From contig CBDCGC010000003.1 of NCBI GenBank assembly GCA_965216585.1, positions 2,732,816 through 2,796,815 on the forward strand: a stretch of DNA of 64,000 nt, in the 5' to 3' direction. The notes beneath the pieces were generated by a model. It ran no database searches. It was not told the origin of the DNA and saw only the letters and a program-made list of their open reading frames with translations. Below, one piece after another: positions 37,699 through 47,565 of this stretch (position 1 is its first letter; each line of letters begins with the position of its first letter). This DNA is from an uncultured Candidatus Binatia bacterium (GTDB lineage: Bacteria > Desulfobacterota > Binatia > HRBIN30 > CADEER01). The position numbers and the translations under genes are program-made.

Positions 37699-38778
37699 AT
37701 GATCGGGGTTGGTCGAGGGGGATTGCCGCGCGGCGCCGTGCTGGCTGCTTTGGTGCTCGCGGGGTGCCAGACGGGTGGCAGCCCCAGCGAGGGGCCCGGC
37801 ACGGAGGTCGTAGCGGCGGCGCCCGAGTCGGTGGACGCGGCGGCGGCAGAAACGGCCGGCGAGGCTTTCGCCGAGCTGATGGTTGCCGTGTCGGCCGGCG
37901 AGAGCGCCCGGGTTGGCGAGCTGACCCAATCGGGGATCGATCTGAACCGACAAACGGAAGAAGGTTGGACGCCGCTCCTCGCCGCTGCTCACCATGGACA
38001 CCTACCGATTGCGCAGCGGCTTCTCGACGCCGGCGCCGCTGTCGACGGTGCCAACGCGGCTGGCGAGGTGCCGCTGTTGAAAGCGGTCGAGGCCGGCCAC
38101 GTTGAAATGGCAAAGGTGTTGCTGGCGCGCAAGGCGCAGGTCGAGGGTAGGAGCCAACGCGGCTGGACGCCTCTGATGGCGGCAGCTTTCGACGGCCGCG
38201 TCGAGCTCATCGAGGCATTGATCGAAGCAGGAGCGAAGATCAACGCGCAAGACAGCCTCGGTCCCAGCGCTTTGGTTCGCGCCGCCGGCAACGGCTACGC
38301 CGATGCGGTACGGGTTCTGCTCGCGCACGGTGCGACCGTCGACCTCGCCGACAACGAGGGGGTGACGGCGCTGACCGCGGCGTCGGTCAAGGGGCACTTG
38401 GATGTAGTGCGCCTGCTCATTGCCGCGGGCGCCGACGTCAACGCGACCAGCAAAGATGGGTGGACACCCTTACTCGTCGCCGCCGCCGGCGGCTTCAGCG
38501 AAATCGTCGAGTTGCTCCTCGACCGGGGCGCGCACATCGACGTGCAGGGAAAGAACGATATGTCGGCGCTGATGCTGGCGGCGGTCAACGATTACGCCGA
38601 GACGGTTGCAATCTTGGTGAACCGCGGCGCCCGCACCGACCTGCGCAACGTCGAGAAAGAGACTGCCTCGGAAATTGCCAGGTTTTGGGACCACGAAGAG
38701 GTGATCCAGGTGTTCGACGCCGCGGCGGCCGGTGGCGCGGCGGCGCCTGTCGTCGAAGCGCCCGAGACGGCGCCGTGA
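37699..38778 (+). CDS. ankyrin-repeat lipoprotein
   Basis: ATG at 37699. Lipobox AALVLAGC. At least 7 ankyrin repeats (GWTPLLAAAHHGHLPIAQRLLDAGAAVD and similar). Confidence 0.85.
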   Translation: MIGVGRGGLPRGAVLAALVLAGCQTGGSPSEGPGTEVVAAAPESVDAAAAETAGEAFAELMVAVSAGESARVGELTQSGIDLNRQTEEGWTPLLAAAHHGHLPIAQRLLDAGAAVDGANAAGEVPLLKAVEAGHVEMAKVLLARKAQVEGRSQRGWTPLMAAAFDGRVELIEALIEAGAKINAQDSLGPSALVRAAGNGYADAVRVLLAHGATVDLADNEGVTALTAASVKGHLDVVRLLIAAGADVNATSKDGWTPLLVAAAGGFSEIVELLLDRGAHIDVQGKNDMSALMLAAVNDYAETVAILVNRGARTDLRNVEKETASEIARFWDHEEVIQVFDAAAAGGAAAPVVEAPETAP

Positions 38779-39641
38779 GCGGTTCGCGGGGGGGCGCGCG
38801 AGTCGCGGACCGAGTGCGCGCCAGACGCTGGAAGGGGCACGGTTGGCAGTCTTCGGGCACCGTGACCCTGCTCTCCGACTTCGGCGGCAGCGATCCCTAT
38901 GCCGGTGTCATGCGCGGTGTCGTCCTTCGCTTTGCCCCGGACAGCCGACTGGTCGACCTCACCCACGCCGTGCCGCCCCAGTCGATCGAAGTCGGTGCCC
39001 TGCTGCTGCGCTCTGCGGTGAGCTATTTCGCCGACGGCTCCGTTCACCTGGCGGTCGTCGACCCCGGTGTCGGCGGCGCCCGCGCCGGCATCGTCGTCGT
39101 CACTGATCGGGCGCTCCTGGTCGGACCGGACAACGGGTTGCTCCATCCGAGCGCGGTGTCGCTCGGCCTGCGCGAGGTGCGCCGTATCGAAAACGAGGAG
39201 CTCTTGTTGAATCCGATCAGCGCTACCTTCCATGGGCGAGACGTTTTCGCGCCGATCGCCGGCCGCCTCGCGGCGGGGATGGCCCCGCAATCGGTCGGGC
39301 CGGAGGCGCCGGCGATGGAGCGTTTGCAAGGGATCGATCCCAGCGTCGACGGTGATGAGATCGTGGGTAAGGTGATTCACGTCGATCACTTTGGCAACTT
39401 GATCTCGAACATCGCGATGGAGATGGTGGCCGGAGCAGATGTTTCGGTTCGCGTCGGCGACCATGTCGTCGAGGGCCTGAGCAAGACCTACGGCGACGTC
39501 GCAAAGATGGAGATGGCGGTGGTTGGCAACAGTTGGGGAACACTCGAAATCGCGCAAAACGGCGGCAACGCAGCGCTGGCACTGGCTGTGGATCGTGATG
39601 CTGTCGTGCGCGTTGCAAGACGGGAATCGCATGCGTTCTGA
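38775..39641 (+). CDS. SAM hydroxide adenosyltransferase family protein (DUF62, SAM hydrolase / chlorinase-fluorinase fold)
   Basis: Carries VTLLSDFGGSDPYAGVMRGV...HLAVVDPGVGGARAGIVV. The start is uncertain: either the GTG at 38775 overlapping the ankyrin gene stop (GTGA), or the GTG at 38862. Confidence 0.75.
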   Translation: MSGSRGGARVADRVRARRWKGHGWQSSGTVTLLSDFGGSDPYAGVMRGVVLRFAPDSRLVDLTHAVPPQSIEVGALLLRSAVSYFADGSVHLAVVDPGVGGARAGIVVVTDRALLVGPDNGLLHPSAVSLGLREVRRIENEELLLNPISATFHGRDVFAPIAGRLAAGMAPQSVGPEAPAMERLQGIDPSVDGDEIVGKVIHVDHFGNLISNIAMEMVAGADVSVRVGDHVVEGLSKTYGDVAKMEMAVVGNSWGTLEIAQNGGNAALALAVDRDAVVRVARRESHAF

Positions 39642-40566
39642 GGAGATGTACCTGCCGCTCGACGGCGAGCGCCCGCGCGAGCGCGGCGGTGTCGTCGTTC
39701 ATGCGCTCCTCTTCGTGCTGACCTTCATCACTACGGCGGCGGCGAACGCGCGTTTTCACGGCGCCGACTTGCTCGCCCATCCGAGCGACATCCAACTCGG
39801 CTTTCCCTACGCCGTCACCCTGATGTCGATTCTCTTCGCTCACGAGCTCGGCCACTACGCCATGGCGCGCGCCCACAACGTCGAAGCGACGCTTCCCTAC
39901 TTCATCCCGGCTCCGCCTTTTTTTTTCATCGGTACCTTCGGTGCGTTCATCCGCATGAAAAGCGTGCCCGACAACCGCCGGGCGCTCTTCGACATCGGTG
40001 CCGCGGGTCCCTGGGGCGGTTTTCTCGTCGCCGTGCCGGCACTCTTCTTCGGTCTCGGTCTTTCCGAAGTCGTCCCGACTCCGGAGTCCGAGTTGTCCGG
40101 ACTGATGTTTCGCGAGCCGCTGATCATGCAGGCGATGAGCGCCTACCTACTCGGTGTCGATCCGCAGCAGGCGACGGTCATGTTGCACCCCATCGCCTTG
40201 GCTGCCTGGGTGGGTTTTCTGGTGACGGCGCTCAATCTGCTGCCGGTCGGCCAGCTCGACGGCGGCCACGTCAGCTACGCGGTGCTCGGCGAGCGCTGGC
40301 ACGCGTGGATTTCGCGCGGTGCGGTCGTCGGTTTACTGGTCCTCGGTTTCGGCGGCTGGTCGGGCTGGTTGGCTTGGGTGGTGCTCCTCGTGGCGATCGG
40401 CTTCCGCCACCCGCGCACCGGTGATCCGAGCATGCCTCTGAACCGCTTGCGTGTCTTCTTCGCAGTCTTGACCGTCGTCATCTTCATCCTGGTCTTCATG
40501 CCGGAACCGATCGTCTATCAGCCCGAGCCGATCATGATTCCAGCCGGGGAGATGCTCGAGGTATGA
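39631..40566 (+). CDS. site-2 protease family (M50) membrane metalloprotease
   Basis: ATG at 39631. HExxH in LFAHELGHYAMA, multiple TM helices, and LNLLPVGQLDGGH. Confidence 0.85.
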   Translation: MRSEEMYLPLDGERPRERGGVVVHALLFVLTFITTAAANARFHGADLLAHPSDIQLGFPYAVTLMSILFAHELGHYAMARAHNVEATLPYFIPAPPFFFIGTFGAFIRMKSVPDNRRALFDIGAAGPWGGFLVAVPALFFGLGLSEVVPTPESELSGLMFREPLIMQAMSAYLLGVDPQQATVMLHPIALAAWVGFLVTALNLLPVGQLDGGHVSYAVLGERWHAWISRGAVVGLLVLGFGGWSGWLAWVVLLVAIGFRHPRTGDPSMPLNRLRVFFAVLTVVIFILVFMPEPIVYQPEPIMIPAGEMLEV

Positions 40567-40606
40567 GATCCGCCGGGCCGCAACCGTCGACGCAGGAGAG
40601 CCAACG

Positions 40607-41059
40607 ATGAGCGAACGCCCCTCTTGGGACGAGTACTTCATGACCATCACGCGCCAGGTTGCCGAGCGCTCGACCTGCCTGCGCGCCAAAGTGGGGGCCG
40701 TGATCGTGCGCGACCGCAACATCCTGGCGACGGGGTACAACGGTTCGCCGGCAGGCCAGCCGCACTGCCTCGACGCGGGATGCCTCGTCTACAAGTCGAC
40801 GACGCCGGCGGGAGAGATCGAGGAAAACTGCTTTCGCACGATCCATGCGGAAATCAACGCAATCGCCCAAGCCGCGAAAAACGGGGCGGCGATCGGTGGG
40901 GCCGACATCTACGTCACCCACACACCGTGCATCCATTGCTTCAAGACGCTGCTCAACACCGGCATCACGCGCATCTGCTACGACAAAGAGTACAAGCTCG
41001 ACACGCTCGGCGAGCTGCGCCGTCTGGCACCGGGTGTCGAGTTGGTGCAGGTCCACTGA
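40607..41059 (+). CDS. dCMP deaminase (ComEB-type cytidine/deoxycytidylate deaminase)
   Basis: 150 aa. Carries WDEYFM..A.RSTC, HAEINAI and PCIHCFK. Confidence 0.9.
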   Translation: MSERPSWDEYFMTITRQVAERSTCLRAKVGAVIVRDRNILATGYNGSPAGQPHCLDAGCLVYKSTTPAGEIEENCFRTIHAEINAIAQAAKNGAAIGGADIYVTHTPCIHCFKTLLNTGITRICYDKEYKLDTLGELRRLAPGVELVQVH

Positions 41060-41070
41060 CCGCGCTGCGA

Positions 41071-43323
41071 ATGCGACGAGTCGCCGTAGCCGCGGTGTTG
41101 CTCTGTCTGGCGGCCCCGTTGTTGGTCTGGGCATTGGGAGCGGGTGTCTTTGGTTCGCACTGGGGTGCCGGCGTACCGACCGAGCGGGCGCTGCCTGCGG
41201 CGGTCGTGCATGCGCGGGCACAGAGACAGGCCGCCGCCGGGGAAGACAAGCAAGTTCTCTTCGGCGATCTGCACGTTCACACGACGTTTTCTCTCGATGC
41301 TTTCATGATGGCGCTGCCGGTGACCGGCGGCCAGGGTGCGCGTCCGGTTGCCGACGCGTGTGATTTCGCACGCTTCTGCTCGGATCTGGATTTCTGGTCG
41401 ATCAACGACCACGCGATCGGCCTGACGCCGCGCGCCTGGCGCGAAACGGTCGATGCCATCCGCCAGTGCAATGCCGTCGCCGGCGATCCGGACAATCCCG
41501 ATGTCGTCGCCTTTCTCGGCTGGGAGTGGACGCAGTTTGGTACCACTCCCGACAACCACTACGGCCACAAGAACGTGGTACTTCGCGATCTCGCCGACGG
41601 CGCCATCCCGACCCGGCCGATCGCGGCACGAGCACCGGCCGATGCTTTTGACCGCGATCCCGAGGCCGTACCCGGCGTGATGGCGATGGGTCTATTGCCG
41701 CTGCTGCGGCCGAGCCGCTCGGCGCTCGACTTCGTACGTTTCATGCGCGACATGATCGCCATCGAGGACTGCCCAGATGGCGTCGCCGTGCGCGAGCTGC
41801 CGGCCGATTGCCGGGAATCGACGCTGACACCTGCCGGTCTCTTCGCCAAGCTCGACGACTGGAACGTCGCGTCGATGGTAATCCCGCACGGAACGACCTG
41901 GGGATTCTATACGCCGCACGGATCTTCGTGGGACAAACAACTCACAGCCGACATGCACGACGAGGATCGACAGATTCTCATCGAGGTCTTTTCGGGACAC
42001 GGCAACTCGGAGGAGTTTCGGCCGTGGGCCGGGGTCGGGCGTTCGCGCACCGGCGAGCCGATCTGCCCTCGCCCGAGTGCCGACTACCTGCCCTCGTGCT
42101 GGCGGGCTGGTGAGATCATCGAGGAGCGCTGTCGGGCGCGGGGGGAAGCGGAGGCGGAGTGTGGCAAACGCGCTGCCGAAGCGCGCCAGCGCTACGTCGC
42201 CGGCGACGTCCTCGGCCACTTGACGGTTCCCGGCGTCGAGGCCGGCGAGTGGCTCGACAGCGGCCAGTGCCGCGACTGCTTCCAGCCGGCCTTCAACTAC
42301 CGGCCGCGCTCTTCGGTGCAGTACATCATGGGATTGCGCGACTTCGACGATTCGGGCACCGAGAGGCGTTTCAACTTCGGTTTCATCGCCTCTAGTGACA
42401 ACCACACCGGACGGCCGGGCACGGGCTACAAGGAGTACGCAAGGCGCCAGATGACAGAGGCGCGTTTACCGGGTGCTGGTGTCGAGATGTTCGGCGCCCT
42501 GCCGGCCGAAGAAGCGGTGGCGCGTTCGCGGCGCTTCGAACCGGAGTTGCTCAGTGGCAAGTTCTTCGCCGCGCGAGAGTCCGAGCGCGCGGCTTCCTTC
42601 TTTCTCACCGGCGGCCTGGCGGCCGTGCACGCGGCGGGGCGCAGCCGGCAAGCCATTTGGGACGCCTTGCAACGCCGCGAAGTATACGGCACCAGCGGCC
42701 CGCGCATCCTGCTGTGGTTTGATCTGCTCACCGCTGTCGCCGGCGAGAGGGATGTGCCGATGGGGGGCGAAGCGAGGCGCGGAACGGCTCCGGTTTTTCG
42801 CGTGCGCGCGCTCGGTTCATTCGAGCAAAGGGATGGGTGTCCGTCGTACGCGCAACAATCCCTACCGGCGGATCGCCTCGAGCACCTCTGCGCCGGCGAG
42901 TGCTACTACCCGAGCGACCGGCGGCGCCGCATCAGTCGCGTCGAGCTGGTCCGCGTCGCCCTGCGCGGCCGGCGCCGCGAGCCGGCGGTCGGATTGGTCG
43001 ACGATCCGTGGAAAGTCATCCCCTGTGCCGCTGGGAACGACGGTTGCGTCGTCGAGATCGCCGATCCGGAGTTCGCCGAGTACCGGCGTGACGTTCTCTA
43101 CTATGTCCGCGCCATCGAGGAGCCGAGCCTGGCGGTCAACGCCGACCCGCTGCGTTGCGACGTCGGCCAGAACGGCCGCTGTGTCGAGACCCATCCATGC
43201 AGCGGCGACGGTGATGAATGCCTGGCGGAGACTGAAGAACGCGCCTGGTCGTCGCCCATTCTGGTGCGCTGGCAGGCGCCGGTGACCGCCCCAGCCGAAG
43301 ATCAGCCGGTATCGGCGCAGTAG
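41071..43323 (+). CDS. secreted DUF3604 domain protein
   Basis: ATG at 41071 (MRRVAVAAVLLCLAAPLLVWALG) within the long ORF 40624..43323. Carries VLFGDLHVHTTFSLDAF, characteristic of DUF3604. Confidence 0.7.
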   Translation: MRRVAVAAVLLCLAAPLLVWALGAGVFGSHWGAGVPTERALPAAVVHARAQRQAAAGEDKQVLFGDLHVHTTFSLDAFMMALPVTGGQGARPVADACDFARFCSDLDFWSINDHAIGLTPRAWRETVDAIRQCNAVAGDPDNPDVVAFLGWEWTQFGTTPDNHYGHKNVVLRDLADGAIPTRPIAARAPADAFDRDPEAVPGVMAMGLLPLLRPSRSALDFVRFMRDMIAIEDCPDGVAVRELPADCRESTLTPAGLFAKLDDWNVASMVIPHGTTWGFYTPHGSSWDKQLTADMHDEDRQILIEVFSGHGNSEEFRPWAGVGRSRTGEPICPRPSADYLPSCWRAGEIIEERCRARGEAEAECGKRAAEARQRYVAGDVLGHLTVPGVEAGEWLDSGQCRDCFQPAFNYRPRSSVQYIMGLRDFDDSGTERRFNFGFIASSDNHTGRPGTGYKEYARRQMTEARLPGAGVEMFGALPAEEAVARSRRFEPELLSGKFFAARESERAASFFLTGGLAAVHAAGRSRQAIWDALQRREVYGTSGPRILLWFDLLTAVAGERDVPMGGEARRGTAPVFRVRALGSFEQRDGCPSYAQQSLPADRLEHLCAGECYYPSDRRRRISRVELVRVALRGRRREPAVGLVDDPWKVIPCAAGNDGCVVEIADPEFAEYRRDVLYYVRAIEEPSLAVNADPLRCDVGQNGRCVETHPCSGDGDECLAETEERAWSSPILVRWQAPVTAPAEDQPVSAQ

Positions 43324-45164
43324 GCGCGAATGTGCGCGACGAAGCCGCCGCCGAGATCCTTGAGCTTCTTTTCGCCGACACCGTAGACGCCGGCAAACTC
43401 CTCCAGCGTCGTTGGTCGCAGGCGCGCCAGCTCGCGTAGCGTCGCATCGCCGAAGATCACGTAGGCCGGCACGCCGCGCTGACTGGCGAGATCGCGTCGC
43501 AGATCGCGCAAGCTCTCGAAAAGACCCCGGTCGACCCCGTCCCAGGACTCGTTCTCAGCGCGGCTGGCCCGCACTTTTTCGCCGCCGCGTGGTTTCTGCA
43601 GCTTGACCCGGCGCTCGTCGCGCATGACCTCCCAGGAGCTCGAGTTGAGCGCGAGAATCGGACGGTCGCCCTCGCTGCGGTCGATCAGCCCCTGATCGAC
43701 GAGCTGGTAGATCAAGTTGAGAATCGCTTTGCGGGGCAGCTCCGACAGCAATCCGTGTGTCGACAATTGATCGTGGCGCCATTGGCGGATGCGCGCGGTG
43801 CTGGCGCCGGCGAGAACGTCGGCAATATGCGTTGCGCCGAAGCGCTGGTCGGTGCGGGCGATGCACGACAGGATTTTCTGCGCCGTCGTCGTCCCGTCTT
43901 CGACACCCTCGACTTCGTCCAGGCATACGTCGCAGGCGTCGCACTTCTCCTCGTTGTAGGGTTGGCCGAAGTACTCGCACAACGCGGCGTGCCGGCAGCG
44001 TACGCTGGCGGCGTAGTTGCGCATTTGGTGCAGCAACCCGATGGAAGTTTGCAGCACTTCCTCGGGCGCTTCCGCTTCGGCCGAGCTGCGTTCGATGAGG
44101 CGCTGGAGCCTCATCACGTCGGAAGCCGAGTAGAGGACGACGCATTCAGCCGCCAGCCCATCGCGCCCGGCGCGCCCCGCTTCTTGTTGGTAGTGCTCGA
44201 TCGATTTCGGAATCGCGGTATGGATGACGCAGCGCACGTCACTGCGGTCGATGCCCATGCCGAACGCGACGGTGGCGACGACGACGTCGAGCTCTTCCGA
44301 CATGAAGGCATCCTGCGTGTCGCGCCGCTGCTCGGCGCTCAATCCGGCGTGGTAGTGATCGGCCTTGACGCCGTTCGCGCGCAACCATCCGGCGAGATCC
44401 TCGGTGTCGCGGCGGCTGAGACAATAGACGATGGCGGCAGCGCCGCGGTGCCGGTTGATGATCTGTAGAGTCTGTTGCCGGCGGTCGACGAGGGGGAGAA
44501 CCCGATACACGAGGTTCGGGCGATCGAAGTCACCGATCAACTCGACGGCATCGCGCAGGCGCAGTTGGCTCATGATGTCGTCGCGCACGCGTGTCGTCGC
44601 GGTGGCCGTGAAGGCATGCAGGCTGACGCTGGGGAACCTGACCTTGAGCTCGGCCAGTTGGCGGTATTCGGGCCGGAAGTCGTGCCCCCAGTGGCTGACG
44701 CAGTGCGCCTCGTCGATGGCGAAGTCGCGGATGTCGGCGTTGTCCAACCACTGGAGAAAACGCCCCGACAACAGCCGCTCGGGCGCGACGAAGACGAGGC
44801 GGTAGCGCCCCTCCGCCATGCCGCGCTCGGTGTCGAGCTGGGCCTCGCGGTCGAGACCGCTGTGTAGCGCCGCCGCCGGGTAACCGAGCTGGCGCAGGCT
44901 GTCGACCTGATCCTTCATCAAGGCGATGAGAGGGGAGATGACGACATCGGTGCGCCCGGCGACCAGCGGCGGAATCTGGTAGCACAGCGACTTTCCCCCG
45001 CCGGTCGGCAGCACGACGAGAGAGTCGCGCCGCTCGAGCCCGGCTCGGATGGCGTCTCGCTGCAGCGGGCGCAGACCTTCGAACCCCCAGTACTTGCGTA
45101 GCGCGTCGTCGATGGCGCCGTCACCAGGCTGCGCGTCCATCCGCCCAAAACTCCATCCCGCCAC
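43302..45164 (-). CDS. recQ: ATP-dependent DNA helicase RecQ
   Basis: Carries PTGGGKSLCYQIP, DEAHCVSHWGHDFRPEY, a Zn-finger CRH..C..C..CDVC, and a C-terminal HRDC (VPAYVIFGDATLRELA). An alternative ATG is at 45140. Confidence 0.92.
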   Translation of the reverse strand: MAGWSFGRMDAQPGDGAIDDALRKYWGFEGLRPLQRDAIRAGLERRDSLVVLPTGGGKSLCYQIPPLVAGRTDVVISPLIALMKDQVDSLRQLGYPAAALHSGLDREAQLDTERGMAEGRYRLVFVAPERLLSGRFLQWLDNADIRDFAIDEAHCVSHWGHDFRPEYRQLAELKVRFPSVSLHAFTATATTRVRDDIMSQLRLRDAVELIGDFDRPNLVYRVLPLVDRRQQTLQIINRHRGAAAIVYCLSRRDTEDLAGWLRANGVKADHYHAGLSAEQRRDTQDAFMSEELDVVVATVAFGMGIDRSDVRCVIHTAIPKSIEHYQQEAGRAGRDGLAAECVVLYSASDVMRLQRLIERSSAEAEAPEEVLQTSIGLLHQMRNYAASVRCRHAALCEYFGQPYNEEKCDACDVCLDEVEGVEDGTTTAQKILSCIARTDQRFGATHIADVLAGASTARIRQWRHDQLSTHGLLSELPRKAILNLIYQLVDQGLIDRSEGDRPILALNSSSWEVMRDERRVKLQKPRGGEKVRASRAENESWDGVDRGLFESLRDLRRDLASQRGVPAYVIFGDATLRELARLRPTTLEEFAGVYGVGEKKLKDLGGGFVAHIRAYCADTG

Positions 45165-45233
45165 GCCGGTGTCAAACGGGGGCGCGGCTTGATTTCCGCG
45201 CCCGGCGGCCTGCTGTCATTCCGGTGCAGAACA

Positions 45234-46634
45234 CTAAGGCATTTGCAGGAGGTCGTAGGTGTCGCCGAGGCGCGGTGCGAAGGTGGGAATCGACACTTCC
45301 TTTTGGATCGTGTCGGCCAGCGCCATCGAAGACTCCGGCTCGCCGTGCACGACGAAAACCGCTCGCGGCGGCCGCTCGGAGGAGCGGAGCCACTTCAGCA
45401 AACCGGCGCGGTCGGCGTGCGCCGACAATCCGTGCACGGACATGAACCTGGCCCCGATCGGGATCTTCTGGCCGTGTACCTTGACGCGCTGCGCACCTTC
45501 CAGCATCGCCCGGCCGCGTGTGCCCGGCGCCTGGTAGCCGACCAGAACGACGAGGTTCTTCTTGTCCGGCAGCAGGCGCTTGAGGTGGTGCAAGACGCGT
45601 CCGCCGGTGAGCATTCCGCTCGATGAGATGATGATGCGCGGTCCCTTCATGCTGTTGAGACGGCGCGAGTCGTCGCCGCTGCGGTGGAACTCGACGTGAT
45701 CGGGAAAGAGGCGATCGCGCCCCTCGGCGACGATCTCCGCGTCGAGGTTCTCCTCGTTCATGTGCTTGGAGTAGAGCCGCGTCGTGTTGACGGCCATCGG
45801 ACTGTCGATGTGGATCGGTACTTCGGGTAGCTCGCCGCTCTCCATCGCCTGGCGCAGCAAGAGCGTCACGAGCTGGGCGCGCGCGACGGCGAAAGACGGA
45901 ATCAAGACGGTGCCGCCGTGACCGAGCGTTTCGGCAAAGGGGCCGCGCAGTTGTTCGACGAAGGGCTCGCTGGCGTGATCGCGGTTGCCGTAGGTGGACT
46001 CCATGACCAGGTAGTCGCAGGCGGGGGGTGGCGTCGGGTCGGGGTGGAGGGGCATGTTGTAGCGGCCGACGTCGCCGCTGAAGACGACGGTCCGCTTTCC
46101 CACCGAAGATGTCGCTTCGATTTCGATGTGTGCGGAGCCGAGGATGTGTCCGGCGTTGACGAAGCGCGCCCGCAATCGCTCGTCGAGGTCGAGCCATGCG
46201 CCGTAGCGAATAGGCCGCATGCGGGCCAGAGCGGCGTGCGCTTCGTCGGAGTTGTAGAGCGGTAAAGCGGGTTTGTGTTTCGAGAATTTCTTCTTGTTGG
46301 CGTAGCGCGCGTCTTCTTCTTGGATTTTCGCCGAGTCGAGAAGAAGGATCTCGGCCAGCTCGAGACTTGCCGGTGTCAGGTGGACGAGGCCGCGGTAGCC
46401 GAGCTTGACCAGGCGCGGCAGGTAGCCGGCGTGATCGATATGGCTGTGCGTGAGGAGCAGGTGATCCAGCGACGCGATGTCGAAGGGGGGGTCTTCCCAG
46501 TTGAGCAAGCGCAGGTCCTTCAAGCCCTGGAACATGCCGCAATCGACGAGGACGGAGGATCCATCCGCCTCGAGCAGATGGCGCGACCCGGTCACGGTGG
46601 ACGCACCGCCGTGAAAAGAAAGCTCGATCGACAT
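45234..46634 (-). CDS. MBL-fold metallo-hydrolase of the beta-CASP RNA-metabolising type
   Basis: 466 aa. Carries HSHIDHAG, with a beta-CASP-like middle region and C-terminal HGE.. Confidence 0.85.
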   Translation of the reverse strand: MSIELSFHGGASTVTGSRHLLEADGSSVLVDCGMFQGLKDLRLLNWEDPPFDIASLDHLLLTHSHIDHAGYLPRLVKLGYRGLVHLTPASLELAEILLLDSAKIQEEDARYANKKKFSKHKPALPLYNSDEAHAALARMRPIRYGAWLDLDERLRARFVNAGHILGSAHIEIEATSSVGKRTVVFSGDVGRYNMPLHPDPTPPPACDYLVMESTYGNRDHASEPFVEQLRGPFAETLGHGGTVLIPSFAVARAQLVTLLLRQAMESGELPEVPIHIDSPMAVNTTRLYSKHMNEENLDAEIVAEGRDRLFPDHVEFHRSGDDSRRLNSMKGPRIIISSSGMLTGGRVLHHLKRLLPDKKNLVVLVGYQAPGTRGRAMLEGAQRVKVHGQKIPIGARFMSVHGLSAHADRAGLLKWLRSSERPPRAVFVVHGEPESSMALADTIQKEVSIPTFAPRLGDTYDLLQMP

Positions 46635-46791
46635 CCGCGTGCAATTTCACACGGCCTCGAAGAACGCAACATTCTGCCCACCTCGGCGAACGCCCTCGAG
46701 AAGCGTTGAGTCCGCTTGGCCGCGGCGCTACGTTCAACGCATGCCGCAGCGGCGCGATGCCAGTTCCCGAGGGATAGGTCCGGGGCAACCT

Positions 46792-47565
46792 ATGGCTACG
46801 GATCTCGAGAAGAGCACGGTTGGCCCGGCGGACGTCGTCAAAGCGTTGCGGGCGTTGGGTGGCGTGGGGCGCGATCCGAACCGAACCGATCTGATCGGTG
46901 ACTTCATCGCTTCGCTTACCGGTCCTTCGGCCGATGCACTTTTCGACGAAGTCTGGAGAGACCCCGTCGGTCGGAGGCTGCTGGAAGAGGGGCGCGATCT
47001 CGAGAAGACGCTGAACGATCGCGCCTACCTCTCCGCGCTGCCGCCCGGCTCGCTTGGGCGAGCGTACTTCGATTGGACGGCGGCGCGCGATCTATCTGCC
47101 GAGGGCTTGGCGGATGCGATCAGTGGGCAGGTGACGAGGACGCTCGACGGACCTCGCCCGACGATGGCGGCGCGGATCGTCGACATGCACGACCTCTGGC
47201 ACGTGGTCAACGGCTGGGGGTCGGACATCCACGGCGAGCTGCACCTGCTCGGATTCAGCTATGCCCAGCTCGGCGCCTATGCCTGGCTCATTCTCGGATC
47301 ACTCACTACTCTGGTTCTGGCTTCCGCCGGGCGCCGCGAAGGGATGGGCTACTTGCGCGACTCGATTCGCCGCGGTCGCAAAGCGACGTTGCTGGCCGCG
47401 GTCGATTGGGAAGCAATGCTGCCACTGCCTCTCGATGAAGTTCGCCAGCGACTCGGCATCGAGGAGCCCAAACCCTACCGAGAGCTGAAGATCGAAGAGC
47501 TCGACGAGATCCGCAAGAAGAGCTCGCTCTTCAAGTTCCTCCAGGCGGTACTACCGGCTGGCTAG
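46792..47565 (+). CDS. Coq4-family protein
   Basis: ATG at 46792. Zinc-ligand pattern HDLWHVVNGWGSDIHGE (HDxxH-x11-E). Confidence 0.65.
   Translation: MATDLEKSTVGPADVVKALRALGGVGRDPNRTDLIGDFIASLTGPSADALFDEVWRDPVGRRLLEEGRDLEKTLNDRAYLSALPPGSLGRAYFDWTAARDLSAEGLADAISGQVTRTLDGPRPTMAARIVDMHDLWHVVNGWGSDIHGELHLLGFSYAQLGAYAWLILGSLTTLVLASAGRREGMGYLRDSIRRGRKATLLAAVDWEAMLPLPLDEVRQRLGIEEPKPYRELKIEELDEIRKKSSLFKFLQAVLPAG

Noticed and set aside
38460-38774. N-terminal extensions of listed ORFs that run through the upstream gene. Examples: 38460.. for DUF62, 40624.. for DUF3604, 58418.. for GT2, 59088.. for LpxL-like, 25903.. for HNH, 21389..23509 for selB, 51277..53859 for MMPL.
   Set aside because: The extensions overlap well-supported upstream genes in another frame and are low-complexity. 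Internal ATG/GTG starts at operon junctions give proteins of canonical length.
39918-39926. A T9 homopolymer inside the M50 protease gene (codons CCT TTT TTT TTC) as a possible slipped-strand phase-variation site.
   Set aside because: It encodes the hydrophobic PFFF segment of a TM helix in a housekeeping gene. There is no evidence of alternative frames. It is noted only as a potential sequencing-error hotspot.
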